Below, piece by piece: positions 41,978-52,847 of a stretch of DNA of 64,000 nt. The stretch comes from Vulcanimicrobiota bacterium (GTDB lineage: Bacteria > Vulcanimicrobiota > Vulcanimicrobiia > Vulcanimicrobiales > Vulcanimicrobiaceae). The stretch spans positions 768,001 through 832,000 of the forward strand of contig CAVRQT010000002.1 of assembly GCA_963723515.1 (NCBI GenBank). Direction: 5' to 3'. How positions within the stretch are numbered: the first letter of the stretch is position 1; every line of letters starts with the position of its first letter. A program made the position numbers and the translations under genes. The notes beneath the pieces are model-generated. The model was not told where the DNA came from and did not search any database. It saw only the letters and a list, made by a program, of their open reading frames with translations.

Positions 41978-43321
41978 TTGCTGCGCGCAATCGTCTTAGC
42001 AGCCGGCAAGAGCACGCGCATGAAAACGGGCGTCCCGAAGGCGCTGCACGAGCTCTGTGGGCGTCCCTTGTTGTGGTACGTTTTGAGCGCATTGCGCTCG
42101 GCCGGAATCGACGACATCTCCGTCATCACCAATCCGCAACTGCAAGAGCGAATCAGCGAGTTCGGCGTTACAGCGCTCGTACAAAGCGACCCGCGCGGAA
42201 CAGGTCACGCGGTGCAGATTGGATTGCAAAACCTGCCGACAGATAGCGGCGGTCAGATCCTCGTTGCATACGGCGACATGCCGCTCGTTCCCGCGGAGCT
42301 CTTTCGCGGGCTTGCAGCATCTTTAACCCACGATCGGAACGCGGCGGTCGCGCTGGTGACCGCCAAGATGCCGCTGCCCTCTGATTTCGGACGTGTCGTT
42401 CGTTCCGGCGCGGAGGTGCGGCGCATCGTCGAAGCGCGTGATGCAACCGACGACGAGCTGCTGATCGATGAGATGAACGCCGGTATCTATGCATTCGATG
42501 AGGCAATCTTACGCGAGTCGATCGGCGCACTGCGCGATGACAACGCGCAAGGCGAATACTATCTAACCGACACGATCGATATGCTGGCCCGGCAGGGAAA
42601 GAAGATCGTGCCGGTCATCGCGGGCGACCATCTTCACGTGCTCGGCATCAACGACCGCATTGATTTGGCGCGGGCACGCAGCGCGATGAACCGGCGTCTG
42701 TGCGAACAACACATGCGTGACGGCGTAACGATTATTGATCCGAACACGACGTATCTGGAACCGGAGTTGGTCCTGGGACGCGACACCGTCATCTATCCGA
42801 ACACGATCATTGGCCGGCTAAGTAAAGCCGGTGAACGCTGCACGATCGGTCCGAACACTCGATTGTCCGCAGCGGAGCTTGGCTCGGACGTAACCGTTCA
42901 GAACAGCATCGTTTTCGACAGCTCGCTCGACGACGAGGTGACGGTCGGGCCATTTGCGCACATTCGCGGCAACGCGCGGCTCGAGCGCGGCGTTCACGTC
43001 GGCAACTTTGTCGAAGTCAAGAACTCGCAACTCGGCGCAGGCGTTAAGGCGAGCCATCTTTCGTACATCGGCGACGCGACGATCGGGGAACGCACGAATA
43101 TCGGCGCCGGCACGATCACCTGCAACTTCGATGGCCGCAAGAAAAACCGAACGACGATCGGCAAGGACGTTTCGATCGGCTCGAATACGTCGCTTGTTGC
43201 GCCGGTCACCCTCGGCGATGGTTCGCTGACCGGCGCTTCGTCCGTGGTGACGAAAGATGTCGCGCCGGGCGAGCGCGTCGCCGGCAATCCGGCGCGCCCT
43301 CTGCCGAAAAATAATTCTTAA
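41978..43321 (+). CDS. glmU: bifunctional UDP-GlcNAc pyrophosphorylase/glucosamine-1-P acetyltransferase
   Basis: LAAGKSTRMK, GTGHAV, NAQGEYYLTD, GNFVEVK, HLSYIGDA, GAGTITCNFDG. Confidence 0.97.
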   Translation: MLRAIVLAAGKSTRMKTGVPKALHELCGRPLLWYVLSALRSAGIDDISVITNPQLQERISEFGVTALVQSDPRGTGHAVQIGLQNLPTDSGGQILVAYGDMPLVPAELFRGLAASLTHDRNAAVALVTAKMPLPSDFGRVVRSGAEVRRIVEARDATDDELLIDEMNAGIYAFDEAILRESIGALRDDNAQGEYYLTDTIDMLARQGKKIVPVIAGDHLHVLGINDRIDLARARSAMNRRLCEQHMRDGVTIIDPNTTYLEPELVLGRDTVIYPNTIIGRLSKAGERCTIGPNTRLSAAELGSDVTVQNSIVFDSSLDDEVTVGPFAHIRGNARLERGVHVGNFVEVKNSQLGAGVKASHLSYIGDATIGERTNIGAGTITCNFDGRKKNRTTIGKDVSIGSNTSLVAPVTLGDGSLTGASSVVTKDVAPGERVAGNPARPLPKNNS

Positions 43322-44730
43322 AGCGTCGCGGCCGCTTTGACGGCGTCGAAAAGTTCATGCACGTCGCGTTCGGTCGTCCTTTGATTTGTAAAACACGCGC
43401 GTAGCGCGCGCCGGCCTTCGACGGTCGTCGCCGAGATGACCGCGCGCCCGCTCAATTGCACTCGAATGGCAATCTCATCGTTGAGGACGTCTTGATCCGT
43501 ACCGCGATAACGAAAACAGACGATGTTGAGTCCGACCGGCGCCGCCAGTTCGAAGTCCGGCGAGGCTTCAATCATATCTGCCAGCAATTGCGCCTGATCG
43601 CAGTTGCGTTCGATTGCCTCGGCTAACCGCCGCGTTCCGAAATGTTTGAGCGTGAACCAGACCTTCAGTGCACGAAAGCTGCGCGAGAGATCCGGCCCGT
43701 AGTCAGCGAACCACGGTTCGCCCGCAGCGAGCCCACGCTGCATGCCGCGTGATATATGGGCCCTCGGAGGCAAACGTTTCGCGCTGCATCGTCCCGTCGC
43801 GGACGAGCACGCATGCTGCGTCGTACGGAACGTGCAGCCACTTGTGAAAGTCAAAGGCGATCGAATCGGCGCGCTCGATGCCACGAACCAAATGCCGAAG
43901 TTTCTCTGAAAGGATCGTCATTGCGCCGAATGCGCCGTCGACGTGAAACCAAAGGCCGCTCTCTTTCGCGATCGACGCGAGGTCGTTCAATGGATCGAAG
44001 GCGCCGACGTCTACCGTTCCCGCGTTGCCGACAACGATGAACGGCCGAAGTCCCTGCGCGGTGTCGCGCTCAATCGTCGACTGGAGCGCATCGAGATCGA
44101 TCCGGTGGGCGGCGTCGATGGGAAGCACGCGAAGCGCATCCGATCCGAGTCCCGCCATTTCAAATGCCTTGCGTACGCAGCTGTGCGTCGCTGAGGACGC
44201 GTAGCCGACGAGCGGTTGTGCACGTTGATCGAGCCCGTGGTCACGAACATCGCGTCCCAATTTCGCGGTGCGCGCAACGAGAATCGCGACGAAGTTTGCA
44301 AGCGACGTGCCCGAGAGCAAAATGCCCGAGGCGCCCTCAGCCAGGCCGAAGAGGTCGCAAAACCATTGAATGACTTGGCGTTCCACGTACACCGCACCGT
44401 GGTCTCGGCCGCCGACGTTCGCGTTCATCGCCGAAGCGAGAAAATCTGCGAGCGCTCCGGCCGGCGTACCGCTGCCGTGGACCCAGCCGAAGAAACGCGG
44501 GCTGATGTTGCCGGTTGGATATGGCAAAATCAATCGGCTGAATTCTTCGTACGTTTTGGCAAGCGGCATTCCGTCAGTTGGTAGCGGCTCGCGAAGCGCG
44601 TCCTTGATCGTTCTGGGTACCGGCTGCCACGCCGGACGATCACCCGCGGTTTGCAGATACTCGACAATCGAATCGACCGCGCGATAGCAGTCCGCTCGAA
44701 ACTCGTTCCAGTCGTTTGGGTCGAGCACGT
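43318..44730 (-). CDS. PLP-dependent group II (aromatic amino acid-type) decarboxylase; frameshift near 43745, start approximate
   Basis: PRFFGWV, AGTVDVGAFD, WFHVDGAFG, ADSIAFDFHKW, SRSFRALK. Confidence 0.9.
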
Positions 44731-44786
44731 CGTTTTCGTTGCGGCTTTGTGAAGAAAAACGCCTGCGGTGGGCGAAACAGCCCGAA

Positions 44787-45414
44787 ATGTCATGCCGGCT
44801 CATCTGGATTACGCCTGAAGCGGAGCGTCTCATGGGTTATTGCGCTCGCGTCAGCAACCCGGAAAACCAAGAGAATCCCCAAGTGGCAAAGCTGCTGCGT
44901 TTTTGCGTGAAGAACGCGCATTGGTCCGTTTTCGAAATGGCGGACCTCTGCATTGAGATCAAGACGACGCGCGCGATCAGCGCGCAGATCATTCGTCATC
45001 GCAGCTTTCACTTCCAAGAGTTCTCTCAGCGCTATGCGCCGATCGCCGACATCGAGCGCGTGCATCCGCGGCGTCAAGATCCCGAAGAATCGGCAGTCAT
45101 CGCATGATGATTTGCCGGAGGAGACGCTCGCATGGTTCGATCGCGCGCAGGACGAGCACTTCACTCAGGCGCGTGCGATGTACGATCAAGCGCTCGCAAA
45201 GGGAATCGCCAAAGAATCGGCGCGCTTCTTGTTGCCGCTGGCATCGGGCACCACGCTGTACATGAAAGGCACCGTGCGCGACTGGATCCATTACATCAAC
45301 TTACGCAGCGACGCCGGCGCACAGGCGGAACATCGGCAAATCGCGCTCGAATGCAAAGAGATTTTCAGCGAACACCTGCCCGCGGTCGCTCAAGCACTCG
45401 GCTGGCGCGATTGA
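44787..45414 (+). CDS. thyX: flavin-dependent thymidylate synthase; frameshift near 45085
   Basis: HWSVFE, RHRSFHFQEFSQRY, KESARFLLP, AQAEHR. Confidence 0.94.
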
Positions 45415-46685
45415 TGGCGCGCGCTCGCGCACCGGCGTTCCTCTGCCTGCTTCTCACGGCCCTCTGCGTTGTGATTTGCGCCCGCGCGGCAAGCGCGCAG
45501 ATCGGCGAACGGCAGATGGAACGTCGCGTGAGCGCGATCCCGGTTGCACAGTTGCTTTCGAAGCCGCCGCAACAACTTGTGGACCCACAGCGCCAGGCCG
45601 TGGCGCGGCAACTCGTGAGCCTGACCCGCCCCGCATGGTTTGCATGGATTGCGCTGCAGCTTTTCGCGCTGTTTTATCTGTGGGTGAGCGGCACGGCGGC
45701 TCGCTCGCGCGACGCGTTGAAACGGTCGATCCGTTCAAAGGCCCTCGTGCGCTTTATCTTCGGCGCTGCATTGACCGCGGTCGTGCAAATCGTTGCTCTA
45801 CCGGTGGAGTTTTTCAGCTATCGCGTGCTGCGCGTGATGGGACTTTCCACACAGCCGACTTCGGGTTGGTTCGGCGATCTCGTTATCACCACGCTCTTAG
45901 AGATGCTGGTCATCGGTATTATCGTCGTCGTCGTTCTGTGGCTCGTCGATCGAACGCACTTGTGGTGGGTGTACGTTGCGGGCCTGATCTTCGGCTTCAC
46001 GTTCTTACTTTCGTATGTTTTTCCGATTGTGATCGAGCCGATCTTCAACCGCTTTACGCCGCTGCCGGCGAATCGGCCGCTAACGGTTCAGATCGAAGCG
46101 CTGGCGCATCGCGCCGGCGAAGGAAATTTGCCGATTTACGTCAGCGATCTATCGCGCCGCACGCATGCCGGAAATGCGTACGTCGTCGGGATCGGGCCAA
46201 GCCGGCGAATCGTTATCGGGGACACGCTGCTCGATGCGGCGACGGACCACGAGATTCTCTTCATCGTGGCGCACGAGTTGGGCCATGACGTCCATGGCGA
46301 CACGTTCCGCGGCTCACTCTTCGGCGCCATCATCTTTGTCATTGCGGCCGCTTTGGCTGTCTTGATCGCGGATCGCGTCGGCTTTCGGCGCGATGATGAT
46401 CCGCTATCGCGTCTGACGCTCGTTGGCGCGCTCTTAGGATGCGTCTACTTGTTGTTTTTGCCGGCGATTAACGGCTATTCGCGCGCGATAGAAGCGAGCG
46501 CCGACGCGTATGCGTTGCAGTTGACGCATGATCCGGCCGGCGGCGTTCGAGCGTTCGTTCGATTTGCAGATGAGGATCTCTCGCTGCTTTGTCCCGGCCG
46601 TCTTGCGCGCCTGTACTGGTACACGCATCCGCCGATCGGCTCGCGCATCTCAGCTCTGAACGGCCAGCCCAACCCGTGCCCGTAG
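45414..46685 (+). CDS. M48 (Ste24/HtpX-like) membrane metallopeptidase
   Basis: PIFNRFTPL, NAYVVG, HELGH, EASAD, THPP...RI. Confidence 0.92.
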   Translation: MARARAPAFLCLLLTALCVVICARAASAQIGERQMERRVSAIPVAQLLSKPPQQLVDPQRQAVARQLVSLTRPAWFAWIALQLFALFYLWVSGTAARSRDALKRSIRSKALVRFIFGAALTAVVQIVALPVEFFSYRVLRVMGLSTQPTSGWFGDLVITTLLEMLVIGIIVVVVLWLVDRTHLWWVYVAGLIFGFTFLLSYVFPIVIEPIFNRFTPLPANRPLTVQIEALAHRAGEGNLPIYVSDLSRRTHAGNAYVVGIGPSRRIVIGDTLLDAATDHEILFIVAHELGHDVHGDTFRGSLFGAIIFVIAAALAVLIADRVGFRRDDDPLSRLTLVGALLGCVYLLFLPAINGYSRAIEASADAYALQLTHDPAGGVRAFVRFADEDLSLLCPGRLARLYWYTHPPIGSRISALNGQPNPCP

Positions 46686-46711
46686 TTAATTGACGAGCGA
46701 TTGTTACAGCA

Positions 46712-46817
46712 TGTCATCTTCGAGAGCCGTCCAAGCGGCTCGAAGGATCGAACGGGCAACCGTAATGCGGCGACTCGTATGCTCGTCGCTGCAAGCACAA
46801 GTTGACTCAGCGTGACA
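46712..46817. repeat. degenerate copy of the palindromic element, between convergent genes
   Basis: TGTCAT...CGAAGG at the left end and CTCAGCGTGACA at the right end. Confidence 0.5.
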
Positions 46818-46837
46818 GTGTTGGCGTGCCTATGGCT

Positions 46838-47640
46838 CTAGTGCGGGAGCGCCGAGCCTAAGTTCCCGAAGATCTGTGACGGGTCGTTTGTCTGCGTGAA
46901 TCCCGCCGGGACTGCAAATGAGGATGGATCGGGCGCAGTAGCCGATAGCGTGGTGAAATCGAGACGGAAGGAGCCGTTGAAGTTCTTTCCCGTCATCGCT
47001 GACGTAATACGAACCGGCAGCCCTTGCGCGTCGTCCGCCAAATCGACGTTGCCCGACATCGACGAAAGCGCGCTCCCGCGTTTCTGTTCACGCAGGCTGT
47101 ATTGCAGCATCGTAACCGCGTGACCGTTCACGTTGCCTCTGCCGGTCAAGCGCGCCGAGATGTCGTAAACGCTGTAGTCCTTGATGCTCCTGAGGATCTG
47201 CATCACAGAGCCGGCTCTGCGCATCAAAAAGCGCGCCCACGGCGCTTCCGGAAGCCGATGAATCCGTGGTACTGCTGGGAGCGGCGGTCTGCGAGCTCGT
47301 GTGCACGTAGTACATTCGGCGATCCGTCGACCAAAGGGTGACGGTATGCGTTGGACGATCGATCACCGCCGTGAACGAGCCTTGCGGCAGAAATTGCTGA
47401 ATCAGCGCCCCCATCATTGGATCGGATCCGGGAGCGGATAATCGGGAAACGTCAACGCGCAGTTGTTGCCCGCGCATCATCAACCCGACATCGGCCCCAA
47501 CATTCACCCGCATCCCGCCGAAGGCGGCTTGAATGACGGCACTCCCGTGCCCCGAGAACCCGTCCAGCGGTGCTTGTTGCGCTCGCGCAGTCGCGGTGCT
47601 CAAGAAGATCAAGACGATTAGCGCGCCAAACGTTTTTCAC
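46838..47640 (-). CDS. secreted hypothetical protein (DUF4412-like); frameshifts near 47620 and 47225
   Basis: GTGA overlap with the upstream gene, signal peptide, C-terminal PDPSSFAVPAGF motif. Confidence 0.62.
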
Positions 47641-48324
47641 GGTAAGTCTCCCGCCGTGTAAGGCAGCACGGCGCCCGTCACTTGCGTGCCGAGATGCCGT
47701 TGGGTCAACAGCTCAACGATCGAAACGTGCGCGACGCGCCCATCGACGATCTGCGCCGCTTCGACTCCAGCCCGCACTCCGAGCGCGGCCGCACGAATTG
47801 CGCCACGCAAATCTTCGGGAACGCGTCGATCTTCTGCCAGTTCGAGTGCTTCAGCCGGCGTCAGCTCATCGATCAGCGCTGCCGTCTTGGGATCCGGCAC
47901 GCCGCCTAACACATGAAAGAAAATCGCGCGAATCGCCTCCGTCGCGGCGGCAATTGCCTGCGCAACATCATCGGCGCGCAACTCCGCGTCTTCGCCGAAC
48001 GGCGCAAAACTCGTCGGTTGAATCACCGGAATGTAGCCGTTTTGGGTCAGCGTTTCAAGAATGCCGGGTTGGATGTTGCCAAGGCCAGGGCCGCGCTGCG
48101 GCAGCATCGCGGCGTCCGCGCCGTCCAAGCTGACGGCGGAATTTCCGCAGCGGTTGATCGTGCGCACGAGCGCGCGGGCCGATTGAAGCATTCGGAGCGA
48201 CAATGATTGGACGGACGTTGTGCCGGCTCAAAAATGTGAGATCGGAGGCGAGCGTTGAATCTTCAGCGTGCGCGACGCTTTCATCGACACGCAAGACGAA
48301 CGCTTTTCCCGCAAAGGCGTTCAT
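47637..48324 (-). CDS. degenerate acetylglutamate kinase (ArgB)-like protein; frameshift near 48185
   Basis: SLDGADA, GYIPVI.P, ADDVA.AIA, IVDGRVAH...ELLT...GT; catalytic Lys motifs absent. Confidence 0.78.
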
Positions 48325-48857
48325 GGCTTCACGGTATTAACGAATTGCATCGCCGAGTCGATTCCTTCGGCAAGCCAGCGCTCTACGCCCTCGGCGGCCG
48401 AGTTGATGATGCCGCCAATCGCTGCGCGCTCCTGGGTGGTAAATTGGCTCAGGACGTGGTCGACTGAATCGAACTGCGGCCGGCCGATGCCGACGCGGAT
48501 GCGCGGAAAATTCTCGCCGATCGTTGCGATGATCGACCGCAAGCCGTTATTTCCGCCGTGTCCGCCATGCGGCCGCATGCGAAGCGTTCCAAACGGCAGA
48601 TCCAAATCGTCGCAAATCACGAGAATCCCGTCGGGCGGCGTGCGATACCAGGCGCTGATCAAGCGCACCGGCACACCGCTTCGGTTCATGAAGGAGGTTG
48701 GTTGAACGAGCACCGCGCGGCGTTCAGAAACGACTGCCTGCCGTGCGCTGTCTTTGTTTTTCCAAGATCTGACGTTCCAGCGCTGCGCCAGCTCGTCAAC
48801 GACCGCAAATCCGAGGTTATGCCGCGTTTGCGCATATTCGCGCCCAGGATTGCCCAA
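48321..48857 (-). CDS. pth: peptidyl-tRNA hydrolase (true start probably slightly upstream)
   Basis: GNPG..Y..TRHNLGF, FMNRSG, DDLDLP, GGNNGLRS, RIRVGIGRP. Confidence 0.96.
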   Translation of the reverse strand: MGNPGREYAQTRHNLGFAVVDELAQRWNVRSWKNKDSARQAVVSERRAVLVQPTSFMNRSGVPVRLISAWYRTPPDGILVICDDLDLPFGTLRMRPHGGHGGNNGLRSIIATIGENFPRIRVGIGRPQFDSVDHVLSQFTTQERAAIGGIINSAAEGVERWLAEGIDSAMQFVNTVKP

Positions 48858-48898
48858 GCCGACGATCAGCTTGAACGCGTCGCCCGTCGGGCGACGCC

Positions 48899-49585
48899 CT
48901 ACTCCGAAGATTCGCGCGTTTCGGCTGGCTCTTCTGTCGCCGCTGCCTCACCGATGACTTCAGGCTCAACTCCCTCGGCGGGAGCTGCAGCAGCGGCTTC
49001 GGCTTCTTCGAGCTGCGCCGCGGTGCGTGACGCCTCGACGGCCGCGACGGTATGGTCGGGCGGCGTCAATAATTTGAATCCATCGGGCAATTTGACTTGC
49101 GATGCGGTGATGTGATCGTGGATGCTCAGCTCCGATACGTCAACTTCAACTTGCGACGGAAGCCGATTGACGGGTCCTGCGATTTCCAATTCGCGCGTGA
49201 TCATGTCCAGGACGCCGCCGTACTCTCGAACGCCGATCGGAACGCCGACCGCAACGATCGGCACGCTCGTGTGCACCTCTTCATCGACCGAAACGCGCTG
49301 CAAATCGGCGTGAATGATCTTGCGCGTCAGCGGATCGCGCTGCAGCTCCCGGACGAGCGCGGTGTCCGTCTTTCGCCCATTGAGCGTCAGGGTGATCAAA
49401 GAGCTGCGCGCCCCGCGATGCAGCAAATCATCGAATATCCGCGCCTCAAAGGCGATGTGCTGCGGCGTCGTGCCGTGCCCAAAGAGCACGGCCGGTATCT
49501 TGCCGTTGCGGCGAAGCGCGCGAGCATGCGTTGTGCCGGCCTCTTCACGCCGTTCGATCGCTAAAGTGAGATCTTTCTGGGGCAC
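48899..49585 (-). CDS. rplY: 50S ribosomal protein L25/Ctc
   Basis: ARALRRNGKIPAVLFG, ELQRDP...HADL, acidic tail. Confidence 0.95.
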   Translation of the reverse strand: MPQKDLTLAIERREEAGTTHARALRRNGKIPAVLFGHGTTPQHIAFEARIFDDLLHRGARSSLITLTLNGRKTDTALVRELQRDPLTRKIIHADLQRVSVDEEVHTSVPIVAVGVPIGVREYGGVLDMITRELEIAGPVNRLPSQVEVDVSELSIHDHITASQVKLPDGFKLLTPPDHTVAAVEASRTAAQLEEAEAAAAAPAEGVEPEVIGEAAATEEPAETRESSE

Positions 49586-49603
49586 GCGAAAATCTTATCC
49601 TCT

Positions 49604-50627
49604 CTAAGCGGGTACTGCGGGCATCTCGATCGGCGCGTAGTCAGCTATTTTTTTTTCGTCGTCGTCGGTAAAGAGCTCGGAAACCGAGCGGTTCGTCGTG
49701 ATACGACTGATCGCATCGGCAAGGATCTGCGCGATCGAGAGCACGACAAATTTGGGGTGATGCTCGATATCGAAGAACGGTATCGTGTTGGTGACGATCA
49801 CCTTCTCGACCTGCGACTCGTCGAGCACCTTGATTGCGTCGCCGGCAAAAATTCCATGCGTCGCAACCGTGTAAACTTTGGTGGCGCCTCGCTTGAGGAT
49901 CGCTTCCGCCGCGCGGGCCAACGTTCCACCGGTTGAGATCATATCGTCGACAACGACGGCAATCTTGCCATGCACATCGCCGACGATATCCGTGACTTCT
50001 GAGATGTCGGGCTCCGGGACGACGCTTGAAGACGATCGCAAGCGAGCTGCGCAGCCGCTTCGCAAAGAGTTCGGCCCGATGCACGCCGCCGGCGTCCGGC
50101 GAGACGACCACGATCCGGTCGTCGCAGAGGCCTTCCTTCTTCAGATAGTTGCACAGCGTGGGCATTGCCATCAAATTGTCGACCGGGCCATCGAAGAAGC
50201 CCTGAATCTGCGCCGCGTGGAGGTCCATCGTCACCATCCGTTTGACGCCCACGATTTTCAGAAGATTGGCGATGACCTTAGCGGAGATCGGCTCGCGGCC
50301 TTTGGTCTTCTTATCCTGCTTCGCGTATCCATAGTACGGCACAACCGCCGTGATCCGTCCGGCGCTGGCGCGTTTGAGCGCATCGATCATCAGCAGCAGC
50401 TCCATGATCGAATCGTTGACGGTATTGCCGTTGGCCGCTTTACAGGTCGATTGAACGACGAAGACTTCTGAGCCGCGAACGTTTTCGCTGATCTCGATGC
50501 GGCATTCTTCGTTTTTGAATTGGGAAACCAGCGCTTTGCCGACGTGCAGCTTCAAACGCTTCGCGATCTCTTCGGCCAATTGCGGATTCGAATTGCCGCT
50601 GAAGATAAGCGGATTTTGGCTCAACAT
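49604..50627 (-). CDS. prs: ribose-phosphate pyrophosphokinase; frameshift near 50020
   Basis: FSGNSNP, PYYGYAKQD, DLHAAQIQGFF, VSPDAGG, VDDMISTGGT. Confidence 0.96.
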
Positions 50628-50699
50628 CGACCTCCGGCTCGGCTCCTCTTGGTTGATGGTGCCGCTAAGTCCTCGAAAGATAGCGTATATCACGCTAAC

Positions 50700-50724
50700 T
50701 GTCACGTGAGCTTGTCGAAGGGCA
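50700..50724. repeat. half copy of the palindromic element in the prs/uvrB divergent region
   Basis: TGTCACGTGAGCTTGTCGAAGGGCA. Confidence 0.78.
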
Positions 50725-50783
50725 AGCACGGTGGTCGAAATCGAGGCAGAACTCTTAAGCTACAGAAGGGTTGAATATAACGC

Positions 50784-52832
50784 ATGCCCTCTCATCGTTT
50801 CCGGCTCGTCGCGCCGTTTCAGTTGGCGGGCGATCAACCTCCAGCAACTGAAGCGCTTGGCGCCGCCGTCCACCGCGGGGACAAGATTCAGACGCTGCTC
50901 GGCGTCACGGGCAGCGGCAAGACGATGGCAATGGCACGCGTCATCGAGATGGCGCAGAAGCCGGCGCTCGTGCTTTGTCACAACAAGACGCTCGCTGCGC
51001 AACTGTGCGCCGAGTTTCGCGACTTCTTTCCGAACAACGCGGTCGAATACTTCGTCTCGTACTTCGACTACTATCAGCCCGAAGCGTACATCGCGCACAC
51101 GGACACGTATATCGAGAAGGACAGCTCGATTAACGAAGAGATCGAGCGGCTGCGGCACGCCGCCACGCAGTCGCTCTTGACGCGACGCGACACGCTGATC
51201 GTCGCCTCCGTGTCCTGCATCTATGGCCTCGGTTCACCGTCGGATTACATCGAGCTCTCGCTCAAAATCAAGTTAGGGCAGGAGATTAACCGCGATCTGC
51301 TCTTGCGCAAGCTCGTCGACATGCAGTACCGGCGCAACGATCTCAATTTGGTCCGCGGCACGTTTCGCGTGCGCGGCGATACTCTGGAATACGTCGGCGT
51401 CGAAGAGGAACTCGTTCACCGGATTGAGTTCTTCGGCGACCAGATCGAGGCGATCAACGTCGTCAACATCCTGACCGGTGAATACGTCGAATCGAAGGAC
51501 GCGCTGACTATTTTTCCCGCCAAGCACTTCATCACGCCGGACGAAAAATTGCGGCGCGCGATTATCGCCATCGAAGAAGAACTCGAAGAGCGGCTTGCCT
51601 ACTTTAAAACAAACGGCAAACTGCTCGAAGCGCAGCGCCTGGAGATGCGCACGCGCTACGACCTCGACATGCTGCGCGAGGTCGGCTACTGCAACGGCAT
51701 CGAGAACTACTCACGTCATCTGTCGGGACGCGAAGCCGGTTCAACGCCCTGGTGCTTGCTCGATTTCTTTCCGAAAGATTGGCTGCTCTTCGTCGATGAA
51801 TCGCACGTCACGCTCCCCCAAGTGCATGGCATGTACGGCGGAGATCGTTCGCGCAAAGAGTCGCTCGTCGAACACGGTTTTCGCTTGCCCAGCGCGCTCG
51901 ACAACCGTCCGTTAACGTATGACGAGTTCGATCAACACATCAATCAAGTGGTGTACGTCTCGGCGACGCCCGGAACGTACGAGATGGGCCGTTCCAGCCA
52001 AGTTGTCGAGATGATCATTCGGCCGACCGGCCTGGTCGATCCGGAAGTCGACGTCCGTCCGACGCGCAACCAAGTTGACGACCTGATGGAAGAGATTCGG
52101 CAACGGGCAGCGCGCAAAGAACGCGTCCTCGTTACGACGCTGACGAAGAAGATGGCCGAAGATCTGACCGATTTTCTGCTCGAGATGGGATTTCGCGTGC
52201 GTTACTTGCACAGCGAGGTCGACACGCTCGAACGCATTGCGATCTTACGCGATTTACGGTTGGGCGTCTTCGACGTGCTCGTCGGCATCAATCTGTTGCG
52301 TGAAGGCCTTGATCTGCCGGAAGTTTCGCTTGTCGGCATCTTGGATGCGGATAAAGAAGGCTACTTGCGCAGCGGCACTTCGCTGATTCAGACGATTGGC
52401 CGTGCGGCGCGCAACGTGGACGGCAAGGTCATCATGTACGCGGACAGCGTGACGGAGTCGATGGCGCGGGCGATCGGCGAGACAAAGCGGCGCCGCGATC
52501 GGCAGCTCGCACACAACGCTGAACACGGCATCGAACCGCGCACCGTTCGCAAAGAGGTGCGTGACATTCTGGCGAGCGTCGGCGCTGCCGACGACGGTGC
52601 AGCCGCAATTCGAGCGGAAAAAATTCCGCGCGACGTTGCGCAGCGTATGGCCAAAGAACTCGAACAGAAGATGCGCGAGTTTGCCGCGAATCTCGAATTT
52701 GAAAAAGCGGCCGCCTTACGCGATGAGCTGCTCGAGTTGCGCAAACAGCTCGGCGGCAACGAATCAGTGCTCTTTCAAGGAAAGGCGCCGAAGATTTTCG
52801 AGCACGCGCTGCGCGAGCTCGTCGAGAGCTAA
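50784..52832 (+). CDS. uvrB: excinuclease ABC subunit B
   Basis: [45 protein letters not shown]. Confidence 0.98.
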   Translation: MPSHRFRLVAPFQLAGDQPPATEALGAAVHRGDKIQTLLGVTGSGKTMAMARVIEMAQKPALVLCHNKTLAAQLCAEFRDFFPNNAVEYFVSYFDYYQPEAYIAHTDTYIEKDSSINEEIERLRHAATQSLLTRRDTLIVASVSCIYGLGSPSDYIELSLKIKLGQEINRDLLLRKLVDMQYRRNDLNLVRGTFRVRGDTLEYVGVEEELVHRIEFFGDQIEAINVVNILTGEYVESKDALTIFPAKHFITPDEKLRRAIIAIEEELEERLAYFKTNGKLLEAQRLEMRTRYDLDMLREVGYCNGIENYSRHLSGREAGSTPWCLLDFFPKDWLLFVDESHVTLPQVHGMYGGDRSRKESLVEHGFRLPSALDNRPLTYDEFDQHINQVVYVSATPGTYEMGRSSQVVEMIIRPTGLVDPEVDVRPTRNQVDDLMEEIRQRAARKERVLVTTLTKKMAEDLTDFLLEMGFRVRYLHSEVDTLERIAILRDLRLGVFDVLVGINLLREGLDLPEVSLVGILDADKEGYLRSGTSLIQTIGRAARNVDGKVIMYADSVTESMARAIGETKRRRDRQLAHNAEHGIEPRTVRKEVRDILASVGAADDGAAAIRAEKIPRDVAQRMAKELEQKMREFAANLEFEKAAALRDELLELRKQLGGNESVLFQGKAPKIFEHALRELVES

Positions 52833-52847
52833 CCAGTTCGTGCGCAC

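Noticed and set aside
44787..45414. thyX as a prophage marker
   Set aside because: No phage genes, integrase or att sites nearby; it is coupled to an M48 peptidase
50730..50783. LexA box upstream of uvrB
   Set aside because: Only a half-site-like AGAAC, no matching palindromic partner
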